From Macrostomum lignano (Eukaryota), in assembly GCA_002269645.1 (NCBI GenBank), contig NIVC01001572.1, positions 45,052 to 86,520 on the forward strand: a stretch of 41,469 nt of DNA, written 5' to 3'. The stretch's first letter is position 1, and every line of letters begins with the position of its first letter. The notes under the pieces are model-generated. The model ran no database searches, was not told the DNA's origin, and was given only the letters and a program-made list of their open reading frames with translations. The position numbers and the translations under genes were made by a program. Of the stretch, positions 32,778 through 41,469 are shown piece after piece.

Positions 32778-33357
32778 TTAAGCAAATTGAACAAAAGCTA
32801 TAAAAATGCAATAAAATGTCTCGGATACAAAGCAAACTGCAGGCAGGAACCACAACTCATGTCCTGATCTGGATAGAGAAAAGCAGCTCAACCCTATAAT
32901 AATAAGATTTTGATTACAACTGAATCAGTAGATAACATGCCTACTTTTCAGTCCTACCTCTAGTTAGGCATAGCATGAGCCAATAAAAAGTATTCTCATT
33001 ATTGTTAAATGTAAGTTTCGTTTTTAGCAACAAAAGCTTTTTATGTGCAGCGCCAGCCATTTTAGGAATTAAGAATTGTTATGTCTTCTTTTACACCGAA
33101 GAAAGACGGAAGATAGTGCTTGAGCGTTTGCGAGCTTATGCCACTCGAGAGCATAGCCGTTTCAGAAACTTAATATATTTCTTTGGGTCGCGAGCCGTCT
33201 CAAGCATTTAATACTGTACCGAGTATCTAGAGTTTCAACCCTAGACACTTTAGAAGCAGAAAGCAAACGAAGCCGAAGTCTATAAGAAGTCAGAAGTCAC
33301 GTCACAACATCTGTGACAACATCTGTCACAACATCTATTTAGATACTTTCAATATAG

Positions 33358-34058
33358 TGTTGGGCTGCGCCCTTCCAGTGTGTATGTACTCGTACTTTTG
33401 TTTTCAGTTTTCATGCCACCCCGCCCCGTCCCCCGTCTCGCGCCCGGGCCAGGGTTTGTGAGAGGCGTAAGTCTCAACCCTGGCCTAGCCCTTTGCACCC
33501 AGCCCCCGGCCCAATCTCTGTCCAATCTGGGTGCCCCCCCCCTCCCTCGTTGCCCGCCTCACCCTGGGGCTGCTCGTATTGGCTGGCTGGCTGATAAGCC
33601 GGCTGGGCCCCAGGGTTTGGCTCGCCGTCTCCATTCTGCCCCACCCCTCCCCCTTTTTTGTGTATTATTTAAATGCTAGCCCTGAGCGGGCTGCGCTCCA
33701 CGTTTGCTCTCTATTGGTGTCCGCTTCGTTCTTACTGTTTTTGCGTTCATCGGCGTACCTCTGCCTTCGCGTGCCAATAACTGCTTCGGGCCAACAAACG
33801 CTTCGTGATTAACTCGATATATCAAGAGGAGGTGAGCTCGAGCTTTCGTTCTTCTGGGTTGCCGCGTGGGGCCGGGATCTGCAGGGACCTGGGAACGGTG
33901 AACTCTCGCCGATCCCAGGGTGTTCGGTCAGGCGAACTCTCGCCGAACCGAGCGAGACAGGGTAGGAATAGCCGGGGTGAGGGCTGGGACAGGGGTGTCT
34001 CAGGCGGGGAGGGCCCGAACCTTGACCCGTCCAGCGGCCATTAGGCCGAGACACAACA
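33358..34058 (+). repeat. 5' LTR, 701 bp (TGTTGGG...ACAACA)
   Basis: TG...CA ends. The first ~187 bp match 41283-41469. Followed by the PBS after 2 nt. TATA-like TATTTAAA near 33666. Confidence 0.95.
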
Positions 34059-34060
34059 AG

Positions 34061-34078
34061 TGGTGCCGTGACCAGGAT
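34061..34078 (+). other. Primer-binding site TGGTGCCGTGACCAGGAT, probably tRNA-His
   Basis: The reverse complement ...GTCACGGCACCA matches the 3' end of eukaryotic tRNA-His plus CCA. Confidence 0.8.
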
Positions 34079-34182
34079 CAGCGGTCCTCTCCCCTGCTGT
34101 CCTGCCGTGTGTTTAGGGTTGTGTGTGTTGCCTAGTTTATTTGTGTGTTGTTTGCTTCGGTTGTCTCTGTGTTTTTGTAGCC

Positions 34183-35162
34183 ATGGCCAATTTAGACGAT
34201 CTGATTGACGCCCTGACGGCGCGTCTGCAAAACGAACTTAATGTGGCACAGCGGGTGCCGAGGCCAAATAAGTACGTGCCCACACAGGACTTTGCCCTTT
34301 GGATGCAACAATTCACAGGGTATTGTGAGGCGGCTCATATTCTAGGGGATCAGCGCAAGCAGGCGCTGCTCAGTCTGCTTGACTTTAATACTGCTTTTAA
34401 GGCTGTTGCGAATCTTGAGTTGGCCGATGATTTGCCGTATGATGAGTTTGTTGAGCAGCTAGAAGCTAGGTTTGATGAGAATAGGACTGCTCAAGATTAC
34501 AAGACCGAGTTCCAGAGTAGGAATCAGAAAGATGGCGAGCCCATTGAAGAATATGCAGACGTGCTCAAGGAGCTTATGAGAAAATCGTACCCAATGCTGC
34601 CAGCGGCCCAGCGAGAAGAGTTGGTGAAAGACAGGTTTTTGAAGGGGATTCGGGTGCCAGCCCGGGTGCTGGAGAGCGTGCTGCTGCAAGCGCCAGAGAC
34701 GCTCCAGGACGCTATTAGGCGGGTGCGTCAAGTGAGGGCATCGTTGGCTCTGATGGAGCCTGAGGGTAAGCGAGCTGTGCACATGGTGGGGGTCAGGCCG
34801 CAGCGGCTGGCAACAGCCAGGAGTCCAGGGCAGCCGCCGAGATAGCAGCTCTGAAAGCGGAAGTGGCTCAGCTAAAAGCAAGTGCTGCAGCGCCCACTGC
34901 GCCGATGGCGACAGCAAGGTCTGAGCAGCCAAAAGTGAGCTTGCAGCATCGAGCCCCTGAGCAGAGTCAGCAGCAGAGGCAGTGTGGTCGGTGCCTGCAG
35001 ACAGGGCATACTACGGCTCGGTGCCGTAATGCAGTGGTCTGCCGGGAGTGTGGCCAGTCAGGGCACATGCGCAACCGCTGCGATCGTCGGTGGGACCAGT
35101 CGGGTTCGGGAAACGGATTGGGGGCTCGGCCGGGGCACCCGTCCGGGCCCCAGCGTCAGTGA
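34183..35162 (+). CDS. gag: Gag with two CCHC zinc knuckles; 1-nt frameshift in the G5 run at 34788-34792
   Basis: MANLDDLIDAL...capsid-like region (RNQKDGEPIEEYADVLKELMRKSYP...LVKDRFLKGI). Adding one G joins it to GQAAAAGNSQ...AEIAALKAEVAQLK and CGRCLQTGHTTARC / CRECGQSGHMRNRC. Confidence 0.9.
35108..35160 (+). promoter_or_regulatory. Programmed -1 ribosomal frameshift signal: G GGA AAC heptamer plus downstream GC-rich stem
   Basis: The heptamer is in X XXY YYZ register in the gag frame, and the -1 frame is the pol ORF (GKRIGGSAG...). TGGGGGCTCGG can pair with CCGGGCCCCA about 4-5 nt downstream. Confidence 0.8.
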
Positions 35163-38100
35163 ATCCGGGTGCATCGGGGGCCGCGGCCTTGTCCCAGAGT
35201 GTGCTGAGTCGGCAGGGACTGGGCTATGTGGATGCACAGTTTAGGTTTGGGCCCCCGATTGCATGTCTGCTTGACAGCGGGGCCACCGTGTCGTTGTTAA
35301 GCAACCGTTTCCTGAAGTCTAAAAAAGCCGACATTGACTTATTGCCGAATTTGCCGAATTTTTCCGTTTTCGCTGCCAATGGGGAACCGATTGCTGTACA
35401 TGGAATGGTGACGATGAAGTTTTCTGTTGGGGACACCGAGTTTTTGCACGAGTTCGCTGTGGTCGAGGAACTGGCTGTGGCATGTATTCTGGGCACTGAC
35501 TTTTTCGTGAGACACGGGATGGCGATTGACTTTGCTAGGAATTGCTTGCAGACTGCATCCTGTGTGTATCCGTTTCGCTTATCAGCAGATAAGCCGCGTC
35601 TTTGCCGTCTGGTGCTGAGTCAGCCTGAGCAGTTCAATGCAGGTCAAGAGAAGGTGGTGCACGTCAGGTTGCAGAGAAGGGTTCCCTCTGGGGTTCAGTT
35701 CCTAGGCATTGTGGAGTCTGAGAGGAGAGTGAGTAACGAGCAGATGGTGGCCAGATCGGTACAGATGCCTGACGGGGACGGTCGCTTGGCTGTCAGGGTG
35801 TTGAACACGTCAGGATGCAGTCTGTCATTAAGGAAGGGAAGCCGAATTGGTTGGTTCTCCCCAGTGGCGGCCCAGCAGCCAGCTGGGTGGCAGGTGAACT
35901 CGGTGGAGAGTGTCCGAGACGACTGGAACCCCCTCAGCGATGTCAAGGAGTGGGGAGGATGTGGCCTGACGGGCGATGAGAAGCACGAGTTTGAGCGCCT
36001 GATGGCTCGGAATCGTGATGTCTTTGCCAGGGATAGCTCGGAGTTGGGACAGTCACACTTGATGGCGCATGAGATTGACACCGGCAACGCCAAGCCAGTA
36101 AGTCAGCCGCGCGTAGGATTCCACCGCGCTGGAAGGAGGAAATTGATAAGCAGGTTGATGAGTTGTTGCAGCAGGATCGCATCTATCCCTGCTACTCTCC
36201 GTGGGCGAGCCCGATCGTGCCGGTTAAAAAGGCCGACGGTAGCTTGAGGTTGTGTCTAGACTATCGGCGCCTTAACGAGGTCACAGTGCCAGATCCTTAC
36301 CCACCGCCGCGGATGGACGAGACGCTTGATGCGCTAGGAGGGAACTGTGTTTTCTCGACGATGGATCTGGCCTCCGGCTATCATCAGTGCCCGATTGAGC
36401 CGAAGGACCAGTTGAAAACGGCGTTCGTGGTACCCAACAGGGGTCAGTTCGCCTGGAAGTGCATGAGTTTTGGCTTGCGCAATGCTCCCGCTACGTTCGC
36501 CAGGCTAATGTCTATGGCCCTGTCTGAGGTTAACTGGAAGGAGTGCCTGGTGTACTTTGACGATATAGTCGTGTTCGCCAAGTCGGTGGGTCAGCATCTC
36601 GAGCGATTGAAGCATGTTTTCCAGTGCCTGAGGGATGCCAATGTCAAGCTGAAGCCCGCCAAGTGTGTGTTCCTCGCAGAGCGGGTGAAGTTTCTGGGCC
36701 ACATCGTCTCTCAGGAGGGGATCGCAACGGATCCGAGCAAGTGCGAGGAGATCCAGAATTGGCCGAGGCCATGTAGCGCCAAGAAGGTGCAGGCATTCCT
36801 GGGTACGTGCGCCTACTATCAGTCATTTATCCCGCAGTTTTCAGAGATTGCAGCGCCGCTGTATAGGTTAACCGCAGACGGAGTGAAGTTTGAGTGGGGT
36901 AGTGAAGAGGAGAGCTCGTTTTGCAGGCTGAAAGACGCTTTGTGTTCACCGAATGTGATGGCATTCCCGGATTTTTCGCCTGGTGCCGGGGAGTTCATCC
37001 TCGACACGGACGCCAGTTCGCGCGTCGGGCTGGGAGCCGTCCTGTCACAGCGTCAAGCAGATGGCCGTGAGAAGGTGATCGCTTACGGGTCTAGGATGAT
37101 TCATGCGGCGGAGAAAAATTATTGCACCACCAGGTTAGAGTTGCTTGCCGTCGTGCACTTCGTCAAAAAGTATAGGTACTATTTGTTAGGTAGAAAGTTC
37201 ACTGTTCGTTCAGACCACAAAGCTTTGCAGTGGCTAGCCAGTCTGAAGGACGTAGAGGGTCAGTGCGCAAGGTGGCTTGAGTCGCTCCAGAACTTCGACT
37301 TTGAGATCATTCACAGGCCAGGCAAGGAGCACGGCAACGCTGATTCGCTGTCTCGCAAGTACCGAAAACACGCTGGCCATGAGAGCTGCCCTAGCTGCCA
37401 GTTTAGCGAGAATGTGCCAGTAGTGAACGCGGTGTTTGGCAGTGGGCTGTCTTCGAAGGAAGTCCAGCAGGCGCAAGTGGCCGAGAAGAAGCTTGCAGCT
37501 GTCCGCTCCTATGCCCTGGACCCGGGTTCGAACCCCAGTGCGCCTAGAGTGATGTCGTGGGAGGAGCGTGTGCTGTGGGCACAACGGCAGCTGATAAGAG
37601 TAGAGTCTGATCTGTTGTATTTTCAGAGTCCCGGGAGTGGGTGCCAGAAAAAGATCTTGCTGCCGCCGGCTTTGCTGCCGAAAGTGCTCAGTGAGCTTCA
37701 TGATGGGGTTGCAGGAGGGCACCTTGGGGTTAGGAAGACACAAGAGAAAGTGAAGGCGAGATACTGGTGGCCGGGGCTGAGTCGTTCCGTGGAAGAGTAT
37801 TGCCGGAGCTGTGTCCACTGTGCGAAGGCGAAGCCTGGGCGCAGCAACCGGGCGCCTTTGCAGCCAATCTGCTCGGAAGGAGCTTTCCAGAGGATCATGA
37901 GTGACATTGTCGGGCCGTTGCCCAAGTCCAGAGGTGGCAATCGATTCGTGCTGACAATCCAGGATTCTTTTACTAAGTGGCCGGTGGCGGTGCCCTTGTC
38001 CAATCAGCGAGCCCCGACGGTGGCGCGAGCGATTTTTGATCACTGGATTGCGCACTTTGGTTGTCCTGAATTTCTAGTCACCGATAAGGGCACCAATTTT

Positions 38101-39045
38101 GAGTCGGCTTTGATGAAGCAGTTGTGTCGGTTGCTTGCCGTTAAGAAATGCAGAACGTCCTCCTATCACCCGATGGCTGATGGTCAGGCTGAGAGTTTCA
38201 ATAAGACGTTGAAGTCAATGATCAAGTGCAGGATGAGTGAGTCGGTGGGCGAAGGAGACTGGGAGGATCTGATCCACCCGTCTCTCATGGCGTACCGTAG
38301 CAGCGTTCACAGAGGCACGGGGTACACCCCGTACTACATGCTGTACGCCAGGGAGATGCGGCTTCCAGTGGACATCGGAACCTTGCCTGAGTCCATTCCT
38401 GCCAGTGCTCCGGCGTATGTTCAGTCATTAGGTAATAGTCTGGCTGAGGCTCATTCGCAGGTGCGGACCAACCTGCAGCAGTACCAGAGGAAACAGAAAG
38501 TGCTGTACGACTCAAGGGTGCGAGGCCCGGCCATAGAAGTGGGGGATGCCGTCCTAGAATACTCGCCTGCGCTGCAGGCAGGGGAGGCAGCCAAGTTCCA
38601 TTGCAATTGGAAGGGGCCGGCGAAGGTGTTAGAGAAGATATCCGATTTGAATTACCGGGTAAAGCACGCCAATAGGGGAAAGAGAAAAATAGTGCATTAT
38701 AATAATTTGCGAAAAGTACCCGAGCGGCCTGAGCAGTTCAGGTTGATGAATAGGCATACGGCAGTGCAGCGCCGGTCGGCGCATCCGCCTGAGCCGGCAG
38801 GGTGCAGACAGGAGCCCGCGGGGCCGGCGACTAAAGAGCCGGAACTTGAGGAGGAGGAGGAGTTTTACTCGTATGTGGTGCCACCAGTTGCCGTTGGGCC
38901 TCGGCATGGGATAGTAGGGCCGGGAACGCCAGTTGCGCCATGCGCACCGGTGGCTCCAGCGGCGCCAGCCGTGTCTCCGCGCAGACTGCGCGAGCGTCGG
39001 GGTGTGCCCCCAGCGTATTACGGGAATCCGGTATTGTATCGTTAA
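35108..39045 (+). CDS. pol: Pol: aspartic protease, dUTPase-like spacer, RT, RNase H, integrase; 1-nt frameshift at ~36107-36112
   Basis: PR: LLDSGAT. RT: SPWASPIVPV...YFDDI. RH: LDTDAS...ELLAV...SDHKAL...ADSLS. IN: HDGVAGGH...CRSCVHC, SDIVGP, TDKG...35 aa...E, and a C-terminal WKGPAKV. The frames join as PVSQP-x-RRIPPRWKEEIDKQVDELLQQDRI. Confidence 0.95.
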
Positions 39046-39382
39046 TTCGCAGTGGGCTCACAAGGCGGTCGTCATAAATTGATTTTTAATATGCACTTGT
39101 ATTAATGCCTCCACGCTGTTGTCTATGGTAGAAAGCCTAAAATAACCTAAAATGAAAAAAATGATACAACCCCAAAGCACAAAAAAATCATAAAATGGAA
39201 CGCATGGAAAGCACGTAAAAAACATTAAATGTATTAAAATTACAAAGTATGCTAGGCAAGAAGCGTTCTCAATCGTATTGTAAAATAAACATGTCATAGG
39301 ATGGGTCAGGTCAGGGTCACAGTTGCTAGTCCGCAAGGCATAGGTAGTGATTGGGTTTAAATGTCATCATTGCAGGAGGACC

Positions 39383-40108
39383 ATGTCGTCGCCAACGACA
39401 CCGACTGATTTGTATGGCGTGTTAGGCGTGGGTCGGACTGCTAACTCTGCGGAGATTGAGGCAGCGTGTAGTCGTCTGTACTCAAAGCGGCCCCGCGTCT
39501 GTCCTGCCGAGGTAGAGTCTCCGGAGTCTCAGCGAGACGTGATGGCGATGTGCGTTTTATCTGACCCAGTGTTTCGGGAAGTATACGATCGGGTTGGGGA
39601 GGCAGCGTGTCAAGGGGTGTTAAAGTACGCCTACTTTTTCAATCCTCCCCCTGACGTTGAGTTGCCCGAGCAGGTCAGGTTAGCTTTGGCTAGTCTTAAG
39701 GGAAGCGCCGCAGGGGAAGCTCCAGTTCACGCGGAGATCCCAGCCGAGTTATTGGCTCCGGCTGCGCTTGCTGAGTGTAGGCGGCTGAGGGGTGCGCTGC
39801 TGGCGCGGTTGAGGGCTGGGGATAGTGAAGGAGCTTGCCTGGTGGTTCAGGAGGTGGCGAGGTTTCTTGATGGGGCTGGTGTGAGTGTGCCTGAGCAGTT
39901 GTCTAGATTCTTAGCAGTGTCTGTGTCGTTTCTGTGCAATCAGTATGGGCGGAAGAGAGGTTCTGGTGGTGGCTCCGGGAGGTGTCGGAGGGTCCCGCCT
40001 TCGGTGCTGCAGGCGGCGTTTGAGTGCGTGTTGTTGGCTGTGCGGGGTTTTGAGCTGTGTGAGTTGGGGGTCCCTTGTTGGGGAGGCTCCGGGGTCTGTC
40101 TCTCTTAG
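39383..40108 (+). CDS. Retrotransposon cargo ORF with an N-terminal J-domain-like region lacking HPD (probably exon 1, ending at donor 40058/40059)
   Basis: TDLYGVLGVGRTANSAEIEAACSRLYSKRPR...VLSDPVFREVYDRVGE aligns with the DnaJ consensus DYYEILGV...A...EIKKAYRKLA.KYHPD...VLSDPEKR..YD.YGE. Confidence 0.75.
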   Translation: MSSPTTPTDLYGVLGVGRTANSAEIEAACSRLYSKRPRVCPAEVESPESQRDVMAMCVLSDPVFREVYDRVGEAACQGVLKYAYFFNPPPDVELPEQVRLALASLKGSAAGEAPVHAEIPAELLAPAALAECRRLRGALLARLRAGDSEGACLVVQEVARFLDGAGVSVPEQLSRFLAVSVSFLCNQYGRKRGSGGGSGRCRRVPPSVLQAAFECVLLAVRGFELCELGVPCWGGSGVCLS

Positions 40109-40168
40109 TGGATCCTGGCCTCGCGCGGCGCCCGGAGGAGAGGGAGTGACGGGCCGCACCTTTCGCAG

Positions 40169-41068
40169 ACTCCGCTGACGGCCCAGCGCGACTTGGCGAC
40201 CGAAGAGTTAACGGGTGTCGACCCGAGCAAGTACGACCGGCCGACACGGTCCAGGAGGTCTCCCCCCGTGACGACCCGAATCAGCGCAAGGTCAGCTCGG
40301 CTAAGCGTCTCGTCGATGCAAAGGCATACCTAACGAGGCTGGGCCGGTCGATTCAGCCCGAGGACCTTCGTGGCGTGCGTCGATGTCTAGCGGCTGTAAA
40401 CTCGCCGTACTGCCTGCGTCTAGAATGTCCCGTGGTCCGACCACTGCTGCAAGACCGACGGATCGTGTTCGCCCTGGCCTGAAGGCCAGTGCTGCACCGT
40501 GGTGGCCATCGCTGCGAGACGATGTACGACGATTTCTAGCGGGTAGCTGGCCGCGTGTCGTGGCGGTCGGCGAAGTCGAGCTCAATTGGGACGCTGAGAG
40601 GTCGCAGCGCCAGGACCAGTTAACGGCGGCGATGGAGCAGTTCTTGCTTGCCAAGGAGTTCGGCCTGCCGGTTTTGTTCCGAGTTGAAGGCGGCGAACCT
40701 GCCTGGGCGGTCGCCCTAGATTCCTCCGGCAGCCGGAGTTTCAACGATGAGCGTCATGCTGGCCGAGGACCTGGACTTGCCGGAGCCGTCGAGGCCGCGC
40801 TGGTGAGCAGTGCCACGGGTCTTCTTCGAGGTGTCCGCTCGTGCCGAGGATCCCGCGAGCGGTCCAACGGGCTAAGCGTCTCCCGCGGCAGCGCCTGCTA
40901 GTGACATCGGCCGCACCGTTTGGTGGAGACCCCAAGGACCCGACAGCCATCAAGTTCGTGCCGGAAGCCCTAGCGGACAGTGAATGTGATCGCAGGTACT
41001 GGACTCGACTGTTTGCGACCAACTGTAGTAGATTTTTTGGCGATTGTAGAGTAGAATTGCGTTCTTAA
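40169..41068 (+). CDS. Retrotransposon cargo, TatD-like (metallo-hydrolase TIM barrel) domain with degenerate active site; interrupted by about 4-5 frameshifts in this sequence
   Basis: Collinear TatD-like motifs across frames: RLVDAKAYLTRL (40306), DRRIVFAL(G)LKA (~40455-40490), PRVVAVGEVELNW (40551), QFLLAKEFGLPVLFRV (~40640-40685), PRVFFEVS (~40812), KRLPRQRLLVTSAAPF (~40875-40920), FATNCSRFFG (~41012). Confidence 0.65.
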
Positions 41069-41271
41069 GCCCGTTTTCAATTTTTGCGTACGCAATAGTT
41101 TGTGTCCCGTTTTCATTTTTTCGTTTTGTTTTTTGTAATGCCGGCGATATCCACGCGTCGCGTCAAAGTTTTTCTGTTATTTTTCGGCCGTCTTTTTGAA
41201 TTAACTTTTTTTCAGACTTGCTTGTTCATGCGTTGCTTTTGCTTGACATCCCTTTCTCCTCTTCTTTTCGT

Positions 41272-41282
41272 GGAGGGGGAGA
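41272..41282 (+). other. Polypurine tract GGAGGGGGAGA
   Basis: Immediately precedes the TG start of the 3' LTR. Confidence 0.9.
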
Positions 41283-41469
41283 TGTTGGGCTGCGCCCTTC
41301 CAGTGTGTATGTACTCGTACTTTTGTTTTCAGTTTTCATGCCACCCCGCCCCGTCCCCCGTCTCGCGCCCGGGCCAGGGTTTGTGAGAGGGCGTAAGTCT
41401 CAACCCTGGCCTAGCCCTTTGCACCCAGCCCGGCCCAATCTCTGTCCAATCTGGGTGCCCCCCCCCTCC
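41283..41469 (+). repeat. 3' LTR (first 187 bp; truncated by the window end)
   Basis: Matches 33358 onward except for homopolymer length differences (GG/GGG, C5/C3). Confidence 0.95.

Larger units (their letters stand above)
33358..41469 (+). mobile_element. Ty3/gypsy LTR retrotransposon (~8.6 kb if complete) with a non-env 3' cargo region; 3' LTR truncated by the window
   Basis: LTR-PBS-gag-pol (PR, RT, RH, IN order)-extra ORFs-PPT-LTR are all visible. Confidence 0.97.

Noticed and set aside
33002-33211. Short plus-strand ORF after an acceptor-like TTTATGTGCAG
   Set aside because: No upstream partner exon or known motif.
33351-33357. Target-site duplication of the LTR element
   Set aside because: Cannot be verified because the 3' end of the element lies outside the window.
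38760-39045. Chromodomain at the integrase C-terminus
   Set aside because: The tail is low-complexity (P/A/E-rich) with no aromatic-cage chromodomain pattern.
34459-39061. Antisense ORFs within gag-pol and other shadow ORFs opposite GC-rich exons
   Set aside because: Expected by-products of GC3-rich coding sequence; no independent motifs.
39383-41068. env gene interpretation of the post-pol ORFs
   Set aside because: No signal peptide, furin site, fusion peptide or long transmembrane helix. The motifs instead match J-domain and TatD patterns.

Overview
Eukaryotic (animal) genomic DNA: GC-rich, Q/A/P-rich exons separated by introns and spacers packed with minisatellites. The style is reminiscent of the flatworm Macrostomum, but I cannot verify the species. 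Host genes: an orphan ORF with a myristoylation-type start (6144-7211 +); a p62/SQSTM1-like PB1+ZZ gene (3 exons, -, one 1-nt frameshift); a 6-exon HR4/NR6A-type nuclear receptor (18378-23854 +); an intronless gene with an atypical KH-like domain (25153-26742 -); and a 3-exon F-box/LRR gene (29265-32151 -). There are also more than a dozen tandem arrays and a tRNA-derived CORE-like SINE. The last 8.1 kb is a young Ty3/gypsy LTR retrotransposon with a 701-bp 5' LTR, a tRNA-His-type PBS, gag, a GGGAAAC -1 slippery site, PR-RT-RH-IN, a PPT, and a 3' LTR cut by the window end. The main finding is the 2.2-kb region between pol and the PPT, where env would normally sit. It encodes a J-domain (DnaJ-like) protein lacking the HPD motif, followed by a TatD-nuclease-like TIM barrel in which nearly all metal ligands are replaced. 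The two parts can be joined in frame by a canonical 110-nt intron. These assignments come from motif alignment by eye, and the TatD part is broken by several frameshifts (probably assembly indels), so HMM/structure searches and other genomic copies are needed. A second theme is that several intronic minisatellite units mimic splice sites, including 17 in-phase 5' splice sites right after the nuclear receptor DNA-binding domain.
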